Positions 15,001 through 30,000 of a stretch of 64,000 bases of DNA are shown one piece after another. Under the pieces are notes generated by a model, which worked only from the letters and a program-made list of their open reading frames with translations, was not told where the DNA came from and did no database searches. The translations under genes were made by a program, and so were the position numbers. The stretch's first letter is position 1. Every line of letters starts with the position of its first letter. This stretch comes from Heterodontus francisci (Eukaryota), in the NCBI RefSeq assembly GCF_036365525.1, contig NC_090378.1:120947593-121011592 (forward strand), read 5' to 3'.

Positions 15001-18000
15001 GACTGGACTGTGAAGTGTGATGTACCTGAGTACACAGACCGGATTGTGAAGTGTGATGTACCTGAGGACTCAGACTGGATTGTGAAGTGTGATTTTCCTG
15101 AGTACACAGACTGGATTGTGAAGTGTGATGTAGCTGAGTACACAGACCAGATTGTGAAGTGTGATGTATCTGAGTGCACAGCCTGGATTGTGAAGTGTGA
15201 TGTACTTGAGTAAACAGACTGGATTGTGAAGTGTGATGTACCTGAGTGCACTGACCGGATTGTGAAGTGTGATTTACCGGAGTAAACAGACTGGATTGAT
15301 AAGTGTGATGTACCTGAGTACACAGACTGGATTGTGAAGTGTGATGTACCTGAATACACAGACTGGATTGTGAAGTGTGATGTACCTGAGTACACAGACT
15401 GGATTGTGAAGTGTGATGTTCCTGAGTACACAGACTGGATTCTGAAGTGCGATGTAGCTGAATACACAGACTGGATTGTGAAGTGTGATGTACCTGAGTT
15501 CACAGACTCGATTGTGAAGTGTGATGTCCCTGAGTACACAGACTGGATTGTGAAGTGTGATGTACCTGAGTACACAGACTAGATTCTGAAGTGTTATGTA
15601 CCTGCGTACACAGACTGGATTGTGAAGTCTGTTGTACCTGAGTACACAGACCAGAATCTGAAGTGTGATTTACCTGTGTACACAGACTGGATTGTGAAGT
15701 GTGATGTACCTGAGTACACAGACTGGATTGTGAAGTGTGATGTAAATGAGTACACAGACCGGATTGTGAAGTGTTATGTTTCTAAGTACACAGACTTGAT
15801 TCTGAAGTGCGATGCACCTGATTACACAGACTGGATTGTGAAGTGTGATGTACCTGAGAACACAGACTAGATTCTGAAGTGTGATGCACCTGAGTACACA
15901 GACCGGATTCTGAAGTGTGATGTACGAGAGTACACAGACTGGATTGTGAAGTGTGATATATCGGAGTACACAGACTAGATTCTGAAGTGTGATTTACCTG
16001 TGTACACAGACCAGATTGTGATGTGTGATGTATCTGAGTACACAGACTGGATTGTGAAGTGTGATGTATCTGAGGACACAGACTGGATTGTGAAGTGTGA
16101 TGTACCTGAGTACACAGACTTGATTGTGAAGTGTGATGTACCTGAGTACACAGACTGGATTGTGAAGTGTGATGTACCTGAGTACTCAGACTGGATTGTG
16201 AAGTGTGATTTTCCTGAGTACACAGACTGGATTGTGAAGTGTGATGTACCTGAGTACACAGACTGGATTGTGAAGTGTGATGTAGCTGAGTACACAGACT
16301 GGATTGTGAAATGTGATGTATCTGAGTACACAGACCAGATTGTAATGTGTGATGTACCTGTGTACACAGACTGGATTGTGAAGTGTGATGTACCTGAGTA
16401 CACAGACCGGATTGTGAAGTGTGATGTAACTGAGTACACAGACTGGATTGTGAAGTGTGATGTATCTGAGTACACAGACCAGATTGTAATGTGTGATGTA
16501 CCTGTGTACACAGACTGGATTGTGAAGTGTGTTGTACCTGAGTACACAGACCAGATTGTGAAGTGTGATGAATCTGAGTACACAGACCAGATTGTGAATT
16601 GTGATGCACTTGAGTAAACAGACTGGATTGTGAAGTGTGATGTACCTGAGTGCACTGACCGGATTGTGAAGTGTGATTTACCGGAGTACACAGACTGGAT
16701 TGATAAGTGTGATGTACCTGAGTACACAGACTGGATTGTGAAGTGTGATGTACCTGAATACACAGACTGGATTGTGAAGTGTGATGTACCTGAGTGCACT
16801 GACCGGATTGTGAAGTGTGATTTACCGGAGTACACAGACTGGATTGATAAGTGTGATGTACCTGAGTACACAGACTGGATTGTGAAGTGTGATGTACCTG
16901 AATACACAGACTGGATTGTGAAGTGTGATGTATCTGAGTGCACAGACTTGATTGTGAAGTGTGATTTACCTGATTACGCAGACTGGATTGTGAAGTGTGA
17001 TGTACCTGAGTACACAGACTTGATTGTGAAGTGTGATGTACCTGAGTACACAGACTGGATTCTGAAGTGTGCTGCAGATGAGTGCACAGACTGGATTGTG
17101 ATGTGTGATGTATCTGAGTGCACAGAGCGAATGTGAAGTGTGATGTACCTGAGTACACAGACTGGATTGTGACGTGTGATGTATCGGAGTACACAGACTG
17201 GATTCTGAAGTGTTATGTAGCTGAATACACAGACTGGATTGTGAAGTGTGATGTATCTGAGTACACAGACCAGATTGTAATGTGTGATGTACCTGTCTAC
17301 ACAGACTGGATTGTGAAATGTGATGTATCTGAGTACACAGACCAGATTGTAATGTGTGATGTACCTGTGTACACAGACTGGATTGTGAAGTGTGATGTAC
17401 CTGAGTACACAGACCGGATTGTGAAGTGTGATGTACCTGAGTACTCAGACTGGATTGTGAAGTGTGATTTTCCTGAGTGCACAGACTGGATTGTGAAGTG
17501 TGATGTACCTGAGTACACAGACTGGATTGTGAAGTGTGATGTATCTGAGTACACAGACCAGATTGTAATGTGTGATGTACCTGTGTACACAGACTGGATT
17601 GTGAAGTGTGTTGTACCTGAGTACACAGACTGGATTGTGAAGTGTGATGTACCTGAGTACACAGACTGGATTGTGAAGTGTGATGTATCTGAGTACACAG
17701 ACCAGATTGTAATGTGTGATGTACCTGTGTACACAGACTGGATTGTGAAGTGTGTTGTACCTGAGTACACAGACCAGATTGTGAATTGTGAAGCACTTGA
17801 GTACACGGATTGGATTTTGAAGTCTGATGTACCTGAGTCCACAGACTGGATTGTGAAGTGTGATTTTCCTGAGTACACAGACTGGATTGTGAAGTGTGAT
17901 GTACCTGAGTACACAGACCGGATTGTGAAGTGTGATGTACCTGAGTACACAGACCGGGTTGTAATGTGTGATGTACCTGTCTACATAGACTGGATTGTGA

Positions 18001-21000
18001 AGTGTGATGTAGCTGAGTACACAGACCAGATTGTGAAGTGTGATGTATCTGAGTACACAGACTGGATTGTGAAGTGTGATGTACTTGAGTAAACAGACTG
18101 GATTGTGAAGTGTGATGTACCTGAGTGCACTGACCGGATTGTGAAGTGTGATTTACCGGAGTACACAGACTGGATTGATAAGTGTGATGTACCTGAGTAC
18201 ACAGACTGGATTGTGAAGTGTGATGTACCTGAATACACAGACTGGATTGTGAAGTGTGATGTATCTGAGTGCACAGACTTGATTGTGAAGTGTGATTTAC
18301 CTGATTACGCAGACTGGATTGTGAAGTGTGATGTACCTGAGTACACAGACTTGATTGTGAAGTGTGATGTACCTGAGTACACAGACTGGATTCTGAAGTG
18401 TGCTGCAGATGAGTGCACAGACTGGATTGTGAAGTGTGATGTATCTGAGTGCACAGAGCGAATGTGAAGTGTGATGTACCTGAGTACACAGACTGGATTG
18501 TGACGTGTGATGTATCGGAGTACACAGACTGGATTCTGAAGTGTTATGTAGCTGAATACACAGACTGGATTGTGAAGTGTGATGTACCTGAGTTCACAGA
18601 CTCGATTGCGAAGTGTGATGTCCCTGAGTACACAGACTGGATTGTGAAGTGTGATATACTTGAGTACACAGACTAGATTCTGAAGTGTTACGTACCTGAT
18701 TGCACAGACTTGATTCTGAAGTGTGATGCAACTGATTACACAGACTGGATTGTGAAGTGTGATGTACCTGAGAACACAGACTAGATTCTGAAGTGTGATG
18801 CACCTGAGTACACAGACCGGATTCTGAAGTGTGATGTACGAGAGTACACAGACTGGATTGTGAAGTCTGTTGTACCTGAGTACACAGACCAGAATCTGAA
18901 GTATGATTTACCTGTGTACACAGACTGGATTGTGAAGTGTGATGTACCTGAATACACAGACCGGATTGTGAAATGTGATGTTTCTAAGTACACAGACTGG
19001 ATTGTGAAGTGTGATGTACCTGAGTACACGGATTGGATTGTGAAGTGTGATGTACCTGAGAACACAGACTGGATTCTGAAGTGTGATGCACCTGAGTACA
19101 CAGACCGGATTCTGAAGTGTGATGTACGAGAGTACACAGACTGGATTGTGAAGTGTGATATATCGGAGTACACAGACTAGATTCTGAAGTGTGATTTACC
19201 TGTGTACACAGACTGGATTGTGAAGTGTGATGTAGCTGAGTACACAGACTAGAATCTGAAGTGTGATGTACCTGAGTACACAGACTGGATTGTGAAGTGT
19301 GATGTAGCTGAGTACACAGACTGGATTGTGAAGTGTGATGTATCTGAGTACACAGACCAGATTGTAATGTGTGATGTACCTGTGTACACAGACTGGATTG
19401 TGAAGTGTGTTGTACCTGAGTACACAGACCAGATTGTGAAGTGTGATGAATCTGAGTACACAGACCAGATTGTGAATTGTGATGCACTTGAGTACACGGA
19501 TTGGATTTTGAAGTCTGATGTACCTGAGTACACAGACTGGATTGTGAAGTGTGATTTTCCTGAGTACACAGACTGGATTGTGAAGTGTGATGTACCTGAG
19601 TGCACAGACCGGATTGTGAAGTGTGATGTACCTGAGTACTCAGACTGGATTGTGAAGTGTGATTTAGCTGAGTACTCAGACCGGATTGTAATGTGTGATG
19701 TACCTGTCTACACAGACTGGATTGTGAAGTGTGATGTAGCTGAGTACACAGACCAGATTGTGAAGTGTGATGTATCTGAGTACACAGACTGGATTGTGAA
19801 GTGTGATGTACTTGAGTAAACAGACTGGATTGTGAAGTGTGATGTACCTGAGTGCACTGACCGGATTGTGAAGTGTGATTTACCGGAGTACACAGACTGG
19901 ATTGATAAGTGTGATGTACCTGAGTACACAGACTGGATTGTGAAGTGTGATGTACCTGAATACACAGACTGGATTGTGAAGTGTGATGTATCTGAGTGCA
20001 CAGACTTGATTGTGAAGTGTGATTTACCTGATTACGCAGACTGGATTGTGAAGTGTGATGTACCTGAGTACACAGACTTGATTGTGAAGTGTGATGTACC
20101 TGAGTACACAGACTGGATTCTGAAGTGTGCTGCAGATGAGTGCACAGACTGGATTGTGATGTGTGATGTATCTGAGTGCACAGAGCGAATGTGAAGTGTG
20201 ATGTACCTGAGTACACAGACTGGATTGTGACGTGTGATGTATCGGAGAACACAGACTGGATTCTGAAGTGTTATGTAGCTGAATACACAGACTGGATTGT
20301 GAAGTGTGATGTACCTGAGTTCACAGACTCGATTGTGAAGTGTGATGTCCCTGAGTACACAGACTGGATTGTGAAGTGTGATATACCTGAGTACACAGAC
20401 TAGATTCTGAAGTGTTATGTACCTGCGTACACAGACTGGATTGTGAAGTCTGTTGTACCTGAGTACACAGACCAGAATCTGAAGTATGATTTACCTGTGT
20501 ACACAGACTGGATTGTGAAGTGTGATGTACCTGAATACACGGACTGGATTGTGAAGTGTGATGTACCTGAGTACACAGACCAGATTGTGAAGTGTGATGA
20601 ATCTGAGTACACAGACCAGATTGTGAAGTGTGATGCACTTGAGTACACGGATTGGATTTTGAAGTGCGATGTACCTGAGGACACAGACTGGATTGTGAAG
20701 TGTGATTTTCCTGAGTACACAGACTGGACTGTGAAGTGTGATGTACCTGAGTACACAGACCGGATTGTGAAGTGTGATGTACCTGAGGACTCAGACTGGA
20801 TTGTGAAGTGTGATTTTCCTGAGTACACAGACTGGATTGTGAAGTGTGATGCAGCTGAGTACACAGACCAGATTGTGAAGTGTGATGCATCTGAGTACAC
20901 AGCCTGGATTGTGAAGTGTGATGTACTTGAGTAAACAGACTGGATTGTGAAGTGTGATGTACCTGAGTGCACTGACCGGATTGTGAAGTGTGATTTACCG

Positions 21001-24000
21001 GAGTAAACAGACTGGATTGATAAGTGTGATGTACCTGAGTACACAGACTGGATTGTGAAGTGTAATGTACCTGAATACACAGACTGGATTGTGAAGTGTG
21101 ATGTACCTGAGTACACAGACTGGATTGTGACGTGTGATGTATCGGAGTACACAGACTGGATTGTGAAGTGTGATGTGGCTGAATACACAGACTGGATTGT
21201 GAAGTGTGATGTACCTGAGTGCACTGACCGGATTGTGAAGTGTGATTTACCGGAGTACACAGACTGGACTGTGAAGTGTGATGTACCTGAGTACACAGAC
21301 TGGATTGTGAAGTGTGATGTACCTGAATACACAGACTGGATTGTGAAGTGTGATGTATCTGAGTGCACAGACTTGATTGTGAAGTGTGATTTACCTGATT
21401 ACGCAGACTGGATTGTGAAGTGTGATGTACCTGAGTACACAGACCTGATTGTGAAGTGTGATGTACCTGAGTACACAGACTGGATTGTGAAGTGTGCTGC
21501 AGATGAGTGCACAGACTGGATTGTGATGTGTGATGTATCTGAGTGCACAGAGCGAATGTGAAGTGTGATGTACCTGAGTACACAGACTGGATTGTGACGT
21601 GTGATGTATCGGAGTACACAGACTGGATTCTGAAGTGTTATGTAGCTGAATACACAGACTGGATTGTGAAGTGTGATGTACCTGAGTTCACAGACTCGAT
21701 TGTGAAGTGTAATGTCCCTGAGTACACAGACTGGATTGTGAAGTGTGATATACCTGAGTATACAGACTAGATTCTGAAGTGTTATGTACCTGCGTACACA
21801 GACTGGATTGTGAAGTCTGTTGTACCTGAGTACACAGACCAGAATCTGAAGTATGATTTACCTGTGTACACAGACTGGATTGTGAAGTGTGATGTACCTG
21901 AATACACGGACTGGATTGTGAAGTGTGATGTACCTGAGTACACAGACCAGATTGTGAAGTGTGATGAATCTGAGTACACAGACCAGATTGTGAAGTGTGA
22001 TGCACTTGAGTACACGGATTGGATTTTGAAGTGTGATGTACCTGAGGACACAGACTGGATTGTGAAGTGTGATTTTCCTGAGTACACAGACTGGACTGTG
22101 AAGTGTGATGTAGCTGAGTACACAGACCAGATTGTGAAGTGTGATGTATCTCAGTACACAGCCTGGATTGTGAAGTGTGATGTACTTGAGTAAACAGACT
22201 GGATTGTGAAGTGTGATGTACCTGAGTGCACTGACCGGATTGTGAAGTGTGATTTACCGGAGTAAACAGACTGGATTGATAAGTGTGATGTACCTGAGTA
22301 CACAGACTGGATTGTGAAGTGTGATGTATCTGAATACACAGACTGGATTGTGAAGTGTGATGTACCTGAGTACACAGACTGGATTGTGACGTGTGATGTA
22401 TCGGAGTACACAGACTGGATTCTGAAGTGTGATGTAGCTGAATACACAGACTGGATTGTGAAGTGTGATGTACCTGAGTGCACTGACCGGATTGTGAAGT
22501 GTGATTTCCCAGAGTACACAGACTGGACTGTGAAGTGTGATGTACCTGAGTACACAGACTGGATTGTGAAGTGTGATGTACCTGAATACACAGACTGGAT
22601 TGTGAAGTGTGATGTATCTGAGTGCACAGACTTGATTGTGAAGTGTGATTTACCTGATTACGCAGACTGGATTGTGAAGTGTGATGTACCTGAGTACACA
22701 GACTAGATTCTGAAGTGTTATGTACCTGCGTACACAGACTGGATTGTGAAGTCTGTTGTACCTGAGTACACAGACCAGAATCTGAAGTATGATTTACCTG
22801 TGTACACAGACTGGATTGTGAAGTGTGATGTACCTGAATACACGGACTGGATTGTGAAGTGTGATGTACCTGAGTACACAGACCAGATTGTGAAGTGTGA
22901 TGAATCTGAGTACACAGACCAGATTGTGAAGTGTGATGCACTTGAGTACACGGATTGGATTTTGAAGTGTGATGTACCTGAGGACACAGACTGGATTGTG
23001 AAGTGTGATTTTCCTGAGTACACAGACTGGACTGTGAAGTGTGATGTACCTGAGTACACAGACCGGATTGTGAAGTGTGATGTACCTGAGGACTCAGACT
23101 GGATTGTGAAGTGTGATTTTCCTGAGTACACAGACTGGATTGTGAAGTGTGATGTAGCTGAGTACACAGACCAGATTGTGAAGTGTGATGTATCTGAGTG
23201 CACAGCCTGGATTGTGAAGTGTGATGTACTTGAGTAAACAGACTGGATTGTGAAGTGTGATGTACCTGAGTGCACTGACCGGATTGTGAAGTGTGATTTA
23301 CCGAGTAAACAGACTGGATTGATAAGTGTGATGTACCTGAGTACACAGACTGGATTGTGAAGTGTGATGTACCTGAATACACAGACTGGATTGTGAAGTG
23401 TGATGTACCTGAGTACACAGACTGGATTGTGAAGTGTGATGTTCCTGAGTACACAGACTGGATTCTGAAGTGCGATGTAGCTGAATACACAGACTGGATT
23501 GTGAAGTGTGATGTACCTGAGTTCACAGACTCGATTGTGAAGTGTGATGTCCCTGAGTACACAGACTGGATTGTGAAGTGTGATGTACCTGAGTACACAG
23601 ACTAGATTCTGAAGTGTTATGTACCTGCGTACACAGACTGGATTGTGAAGTCTGTTGTACCTGAGTACACAGACCAGAATCTGAAGTGTGATTTACCTGT
23701 GTACACAGACTGGATTGTGAAGTGTGATGTACCTGAGTACACAGACTGGATTGTGAAGTGTGATGTAAATGAGTACACAGACCGGATTGTGAAGTGTTAT
23801 GTTTCTAAGTACACAGACTTGATTCTGAAGTGCGATGCACCTGATTACACAGACTGGATTGTGAAGTGTGATGTACCTGAGAACACAGACTAGATTCTGA
23901 AGTGTGATGCACCTGAGTACACAGACCGGATTCTGAAGTGTGATGTACGAGAGTACACAGACTGGATTGTGAAGTGTGATATATCGGAGTACACAGACTA

Positions 24001-27000
24001 GATTCTGAAGTGTGATTTACCTGTGTACACAGACCAGATTGTGATGTGTGATGTATCTGAGTACACAGACTGGATTGTGAAGTGTGATGTATCTGAGGAC
24101 ACAGACTGGATTGTGAAGTGTGATGTACCTGAGTACACAGACTTGATTGTGAAGTGTGATGTACCTGAGTACACAGACTGGATTGTGAAGTGTGATGTAC
24201 CTGAGTACTCAGACTGGATTGTGAAGTGTGATTTTCCTGAGTACACAGACTGGATTGTGAAGTGTGATGTAACTGAGTACACAGACTGGATTGTGAAGTG
24301 TGATGTAGCTGAGTACACAGACTGGATTGTGAAATGTGATGTATCTGAGTACACAGACCAGATTGTAATGTGTGATGTACCTGTGTACACAGACTGGATT
24401 GTGAAGTGTGATGTACCTGAGTACACAGACCGGATTGTGAAGTGTGATGTACCTGAGTACTCAGACTGGATTGTGAAGTGTGATATACCTGAGTATACAG
24501 ACTAGATTCTGAAGTGTTATGTACCTGCGTACACAGACTGGATTGTGAAGTCTGTTGTACCTGAGTACACAGACCAGAATCTGAAGTATGATTTACCTGT
24601 GTACACAGACTGGATTGTGAAGTGTGATGTACCTGAATACACGGACTGGATTGTGAAGTGTGATGTACCTGAGTACACAGACCAGATTGTGAAGTGTGAT
24701 GAATCTGAGTACACAGACCAGATTGTGAAGTGTGATGCACTTGAGTACACGGATTGGATTTTGAAGTGTGATGTACCTGAGGACACAGACTGGATTGTGA
24801 AGTGTGATTTTCCTGAGTACACAGACTGGACTGTGAAGTGTGATGTAGCTGAGTACACAGACCAGATTGTGAAGTGTGATGTATCTCAGTACACAGCCTG
24901 GATTGTGAAGTGTGATGTACTTGAGTAAACAGACTGGATTGTGAAGTGTGATGTACCTGAGTGCACTGACCGGATTGTGAAGTGTGATTTACCGGAGTAA
25001 ACAGACTGGATTGATAAGTGTGATGTACCTGAGTACACAGACTGGATTGTGAAGTGTGATGTATCTGAATACACAGACTGGATTGTGAAGTGTGATGTAC
25101 CTGAGTACACAGACTGGATTGTGACGTGTGATGTATCGGAGTACACAGACTGGATTCTGAAGTGTGATGTAGCTGAATACACAGACTGGATTGTGAAGTG
25201 TGATGTACCTGAGTGCACTGACCGGATTGTGAAGTGTGATTTCCCGGAGTACACAGACTGGACTGTGAAGTGTGATGTACCTGAGTACACAGACTGGATT
25301 GTGAAGTGTGATGTACCTGAATACACAGACTGGATTGTGAAGTGTGATGTATCTGAGTGCACAGACTTGATTGTGAAGTGTGATTTACCTGATTACGCAG
25401 ACTGGATTGTGAAGTGTGATGTACCTGAGTACACAGACTAGATTCTGAAGTGTTATGTACCTGCGTACACAGACTGGATTGTGAAGTCTGTTGTACCTGA
25501 GTACACAGACCAGAATCTGAAGTATGATTTACCTGTGTACACAGACTGGATTGTGAAGTGTGATGTACCTGAATACACGGACTGGATTGTGAAGTGTGAT
25601 GTACCTGAGTACACAGACCAGATTGTGAAGTGTGATGAATCTGAGTACACAGACCAGATTGTGAAGTGTGATGCACTTGAGTACACGGATTGGATTTTGA
25701 AGTGTGATGTACCTGAGGACACAGACTGGATTGTGAAGTGTGATTTTCCTGAGTACACAGACTGGACTGTGAAGTGTGATGTACCTGAGTACACAGACCG
25801 GATTGTGAAGTGTGATGTACCTGAGGACTCAGACTGGATTGTGAAGTGTGATTTTCCTGAGTACACAGACTGGATTGTGAAGTGTGATGTAGCTGAGTAC
25901 ACAGACCAGATTGTGAAGTGTGATGTATCTGAGTGCACAGCCTGGATTGTGAAGTGTGATGTACTTGAGTAAACAGACTGGATTGTGAAGTGTGATGTAC
26001 CTGAGTGCACTGACCGGATTGTGAAGTGTGATTTACCGGAGTAAACAGACTGGATTGATAAGTGTGATGTACCTGAGTACACAGACTGGATTGTGAAGTG
26101 TGATGTACCTGAATACACAGACTGGATTGTGAAGTGTGATGTACCTGAGTACACAGACTGGATTGTGAAGTGTGATGTTCCTGAGTACACAGACTGGATT
26201 CTGAAGTGCGATGTAGCTGAATACACAGACTGGATTGTGAAGTGTGATGTACCTGAGTTCACAGACTCGATTGTGAAGTGTGATGTCCCTGAGTACACAG
26301 ACTGGATTGTGAAGTGTGATGTACCTGAGTACACAGACTAGATTCTGAAGTGTTATGTACCTGCGTACACAGACTGGATTGTGAAGTCTGTTGTACCTGA
26401 GTACACAGACCAGAATCTGAAGTGTGATTTACCTGTGTACACAGACTGGATTGTGAAGTGTGATGTACCTGAGTACACAGACTGGATTGTGAAGTGTGAT
26501 GTAAATGAGTACACAGACCGGATTGTGAAGTGTTATGTTTCTAAGTACACAGACTTGATTCTGAAGTGCGATGCACCTGATTACACAGACTGGGTTGTGA
26601 AGTGTGATGTACCTGAGAACACAGACTAGATTCTGAAGTGTGATGCACCTGAGTACACAGACCGGATTCTGAAGTGTGATGTACGAGAGTACACAGACTG
26701 GATTGTGAAGTGTGATATATCGGAGTACACAGACTAGATTCTGAAGTGTGATTTACCTGTGTACACAGACCAGATTGTGATGTGTGATGTATCTGAGTAC
26801 ACAGACTGGATTGTGAAGTGTGATGTATCTGAGGACACAGACTGGATTGTGAAGTGTGATGTACCTGAGTACACAGACTTGATTGTGAAGTGTGATGTAC
26901 CTGAGTACACAGACTGGATTGTGAAGTGTGATGTACCTGAGTACTCAGACTGGATTGTGAAGTGTGATTTTCCTGAGTACACAGACTGGATTGTGAAGTG

Positions 27001-30000
27001 TGATGTACCTGAGTACACAGACTGGATTGTGAAGTGTGATGTAGCTGAGTACACAGACTGGATTGTGAAATGTGATGTATCTGAGTACACAGACCAGATT
27101 TTAATGTGTGATGTACCTGTGTACACAGACTGGATTGTGAAGTGTGATGTACCTGAGTACACAGACCGGATTGTGAAGTGTGATGTACCTGAGTACTCAG
27201 ACTGGATTGTGAAGTGTGATTTTCCTGAGTGCACAGACTGGATTGTGAAGTGTGATGTACCTGAGTACACAGACTGGATTGTGAAGTGTGATGTATCTGA
27301 GTACACAGAGCAGATTGTAATGTGTGATGTACCTGTGTACACAGACTGGATTGTGAAGTGTGTTGTACCTGAGTACACAGACCAGATTGTGAAGTGTGAT
27401 GAATCTGAGTACACAGACCAGATTGTGAATTGTGATGCACTTGAGTAAACAGACTGGATTGTGAAGTGTGATGTACCTGAGTGCACTGACCGGATTGTGA
27501 AGTGTGATTTACCGGAGTACACAGACTGGATTGATAAGTGTGATGTACCTGAGTACACAGACTGGATTGTGAAGTGTGATGTACCTGAATACACAGACTG
27601 GATTGTGAAGTGTGATGTACCTGAGTGCACTGACCGGATTGTGAAGTGTGATTTACCGGAGTACACAGACTGGATTGATAAGTGTGATGTACCTGAGTAC
27701 ACAGACTGGATTGTGAAGTGTGATGTACCTGAATACACAGACTGGATTGTGAAGTGTGATGTATCTGAGTGCACAGACTTGATTGTGAAGTGTGATTTAC
27801 CTGATTACGCAGACTGGATTGTGAAGTGTGATGTACCTGAGTACACAGACTTGATTGTGAAGTGTGATGTACCTGAGTACACAGACTGGATTCTGAAGTG
27901 TGCTGCAGATGAGTGCACAGACTGGATTGTGATGTGTGATGTATCTGAGTGCACAGAGCGAATGTGAAGTGTGATGTACCTGAGTACACAGACTGGATTG
28001 TGACGTGTGATGTATCGGAGTACACAGACTGGATTCTGAAGTGTTATGTAGCTGAATACACAGACTGGATTGTGAAGTGTGATGTATCTGAGTACACAGA
28101 CCAGATTGTAATGTGTGATGTACCTGTCTACACAGACTGGATTGTGAAGTGTGATGTACCTGAGTACACAGACCGGATTGTGAAGTGTGATGTACCTGAG
28201 TACTCAGACTGGATTGTGAAGTGTGATTTTCCTGAGTGCACAGACTGGATTGTGAAGTGTGATGTACCTGAGTACACAGACTGGATTGTGAAGTGTGATG
28301 TATCTGAGTACACAGACCAGATTGTAATGTGTGATGTACCTGTGTACACAGACTGGATTGTGAAGTGTGTTGTACCTGAGTACACAGACTGGATTGTGAA
28401 GTGTGATGTACCTGAGTACACAGACTGGATTGTGAAGTGTGATGTATCTGAGTACACAGACCAGATTGTAATGTGTGATGTACCTGTGTACACAGACTGG
28501 ATTGTGAAGTGTGTTGTACCTGAGTACACAGACCAGATTGTGAATTGTGATGCACTTGAGTACACGGATTGGATTTTGAAGTCTGATGTACCTGAGTCCA
28601 CAGACTGGATTGTGAAGTGTGATTTTCCTGAGTACACAGACTGGATTGTGAAGTGTGATGTACCTGAGTACACAGACCGGATTGTGAAGTGTGATGTACC
28701 TGAGTACACAGACCGGATTGTAATGTGTGATGTACCTGTCTACACAGACTGGATTGTGAAGTGTGATGTAGCTGAGTACACAGACCAGATTGTGAAGTGT
28801 GATGTATCTGAGTACACAGACTGGATTGTGAAGTGTGATGTACTTGAGTAAACAGACTGGATTGTGAAGTGTGATGTACCTGAGTGCACTGACCGGATTG
28901 TGAAGTGTGATTCACCGGAGTACACAGACTGGATTGATAAGTGTGATGTACCTGAGTACACAGACTGGATTGTGAAGTGTGATGTACCTGAATACACAGA
29001 CTGGATTGTGAAGTGTGATGTATCTGAGTGCACAGACTTGATTGTGAAGTGTGATTTACCTGATTACGCAGACTGGATTGTGAAGTGTGATGTACCTGAG
29101 TACACAGACTTGATTGTGAAGTGTGATGTACCTGAGTACACAGACTGGATTCTGAAGTGTGCTGCAGATGAGTGCACAGACTGGATTGTGAAGTGTGATG
29201 TATCTGAGTGCACAGAGCGAATGTGAAGTGTGATGTACCTGAGTACACAGACTGGATTGTGACGTGTGATGTATCGGAGTACACAGACTGGATTCTGAAG
29301 TGTTATGTAGCTGAATACACAGACTGGATTGTGAAGTGTGATGTACCTGAGTTCACAGACTCGATTGTGAAGTGTGATGTCCCTGAGTACACAGACTGGA
29401 TTGTGAAGTGTGATATACTTGAGTACACAGACTAGATTCTGAAGTGTTACGTACCTGATTGTACAGACTTGATTCTGAAGTGTGATGCAACTGATTACAC
29501 AGACTGGATTGTGAAGTGTGATGTACCTGAGAACACAGACTAGATTCTGAAGTGTGATGCACCTGAGTACACAGACCGGATTCTGAAGTGTGATGTACGA
29601 GAGTACACAGACTGGATTGTGATGTCTGTTGCACCTGAGTACACAGACCAGAATCTGAAGTATGATTTACCTGTGTACACAGACTGGATTGTGAAGTGTG
29701 ATGTACCTGAATACACAGACCGGATTGTGAAATGTGATGTTTCTAAGTACACAGACTGGATTGTGAAGTGTGATGTACCTGAGTACACGGATTGGATTGT
29801 GAAGTGTGATGTACCTGAGAACACAGACTGGATTCTGAAGTGTGATGCACCTGAGTACACAGACCGGATTCTGAAGTGTGATGTACGAGAGTACACAGAC
29901 TGGATTGTGAAGTGTGATATATCGGAGTACACAGACTAGATTCTGAAGTGTGATTTACCTGTGTACACAGACTGGATTGTGAAGTGTGATGTACCTGAGT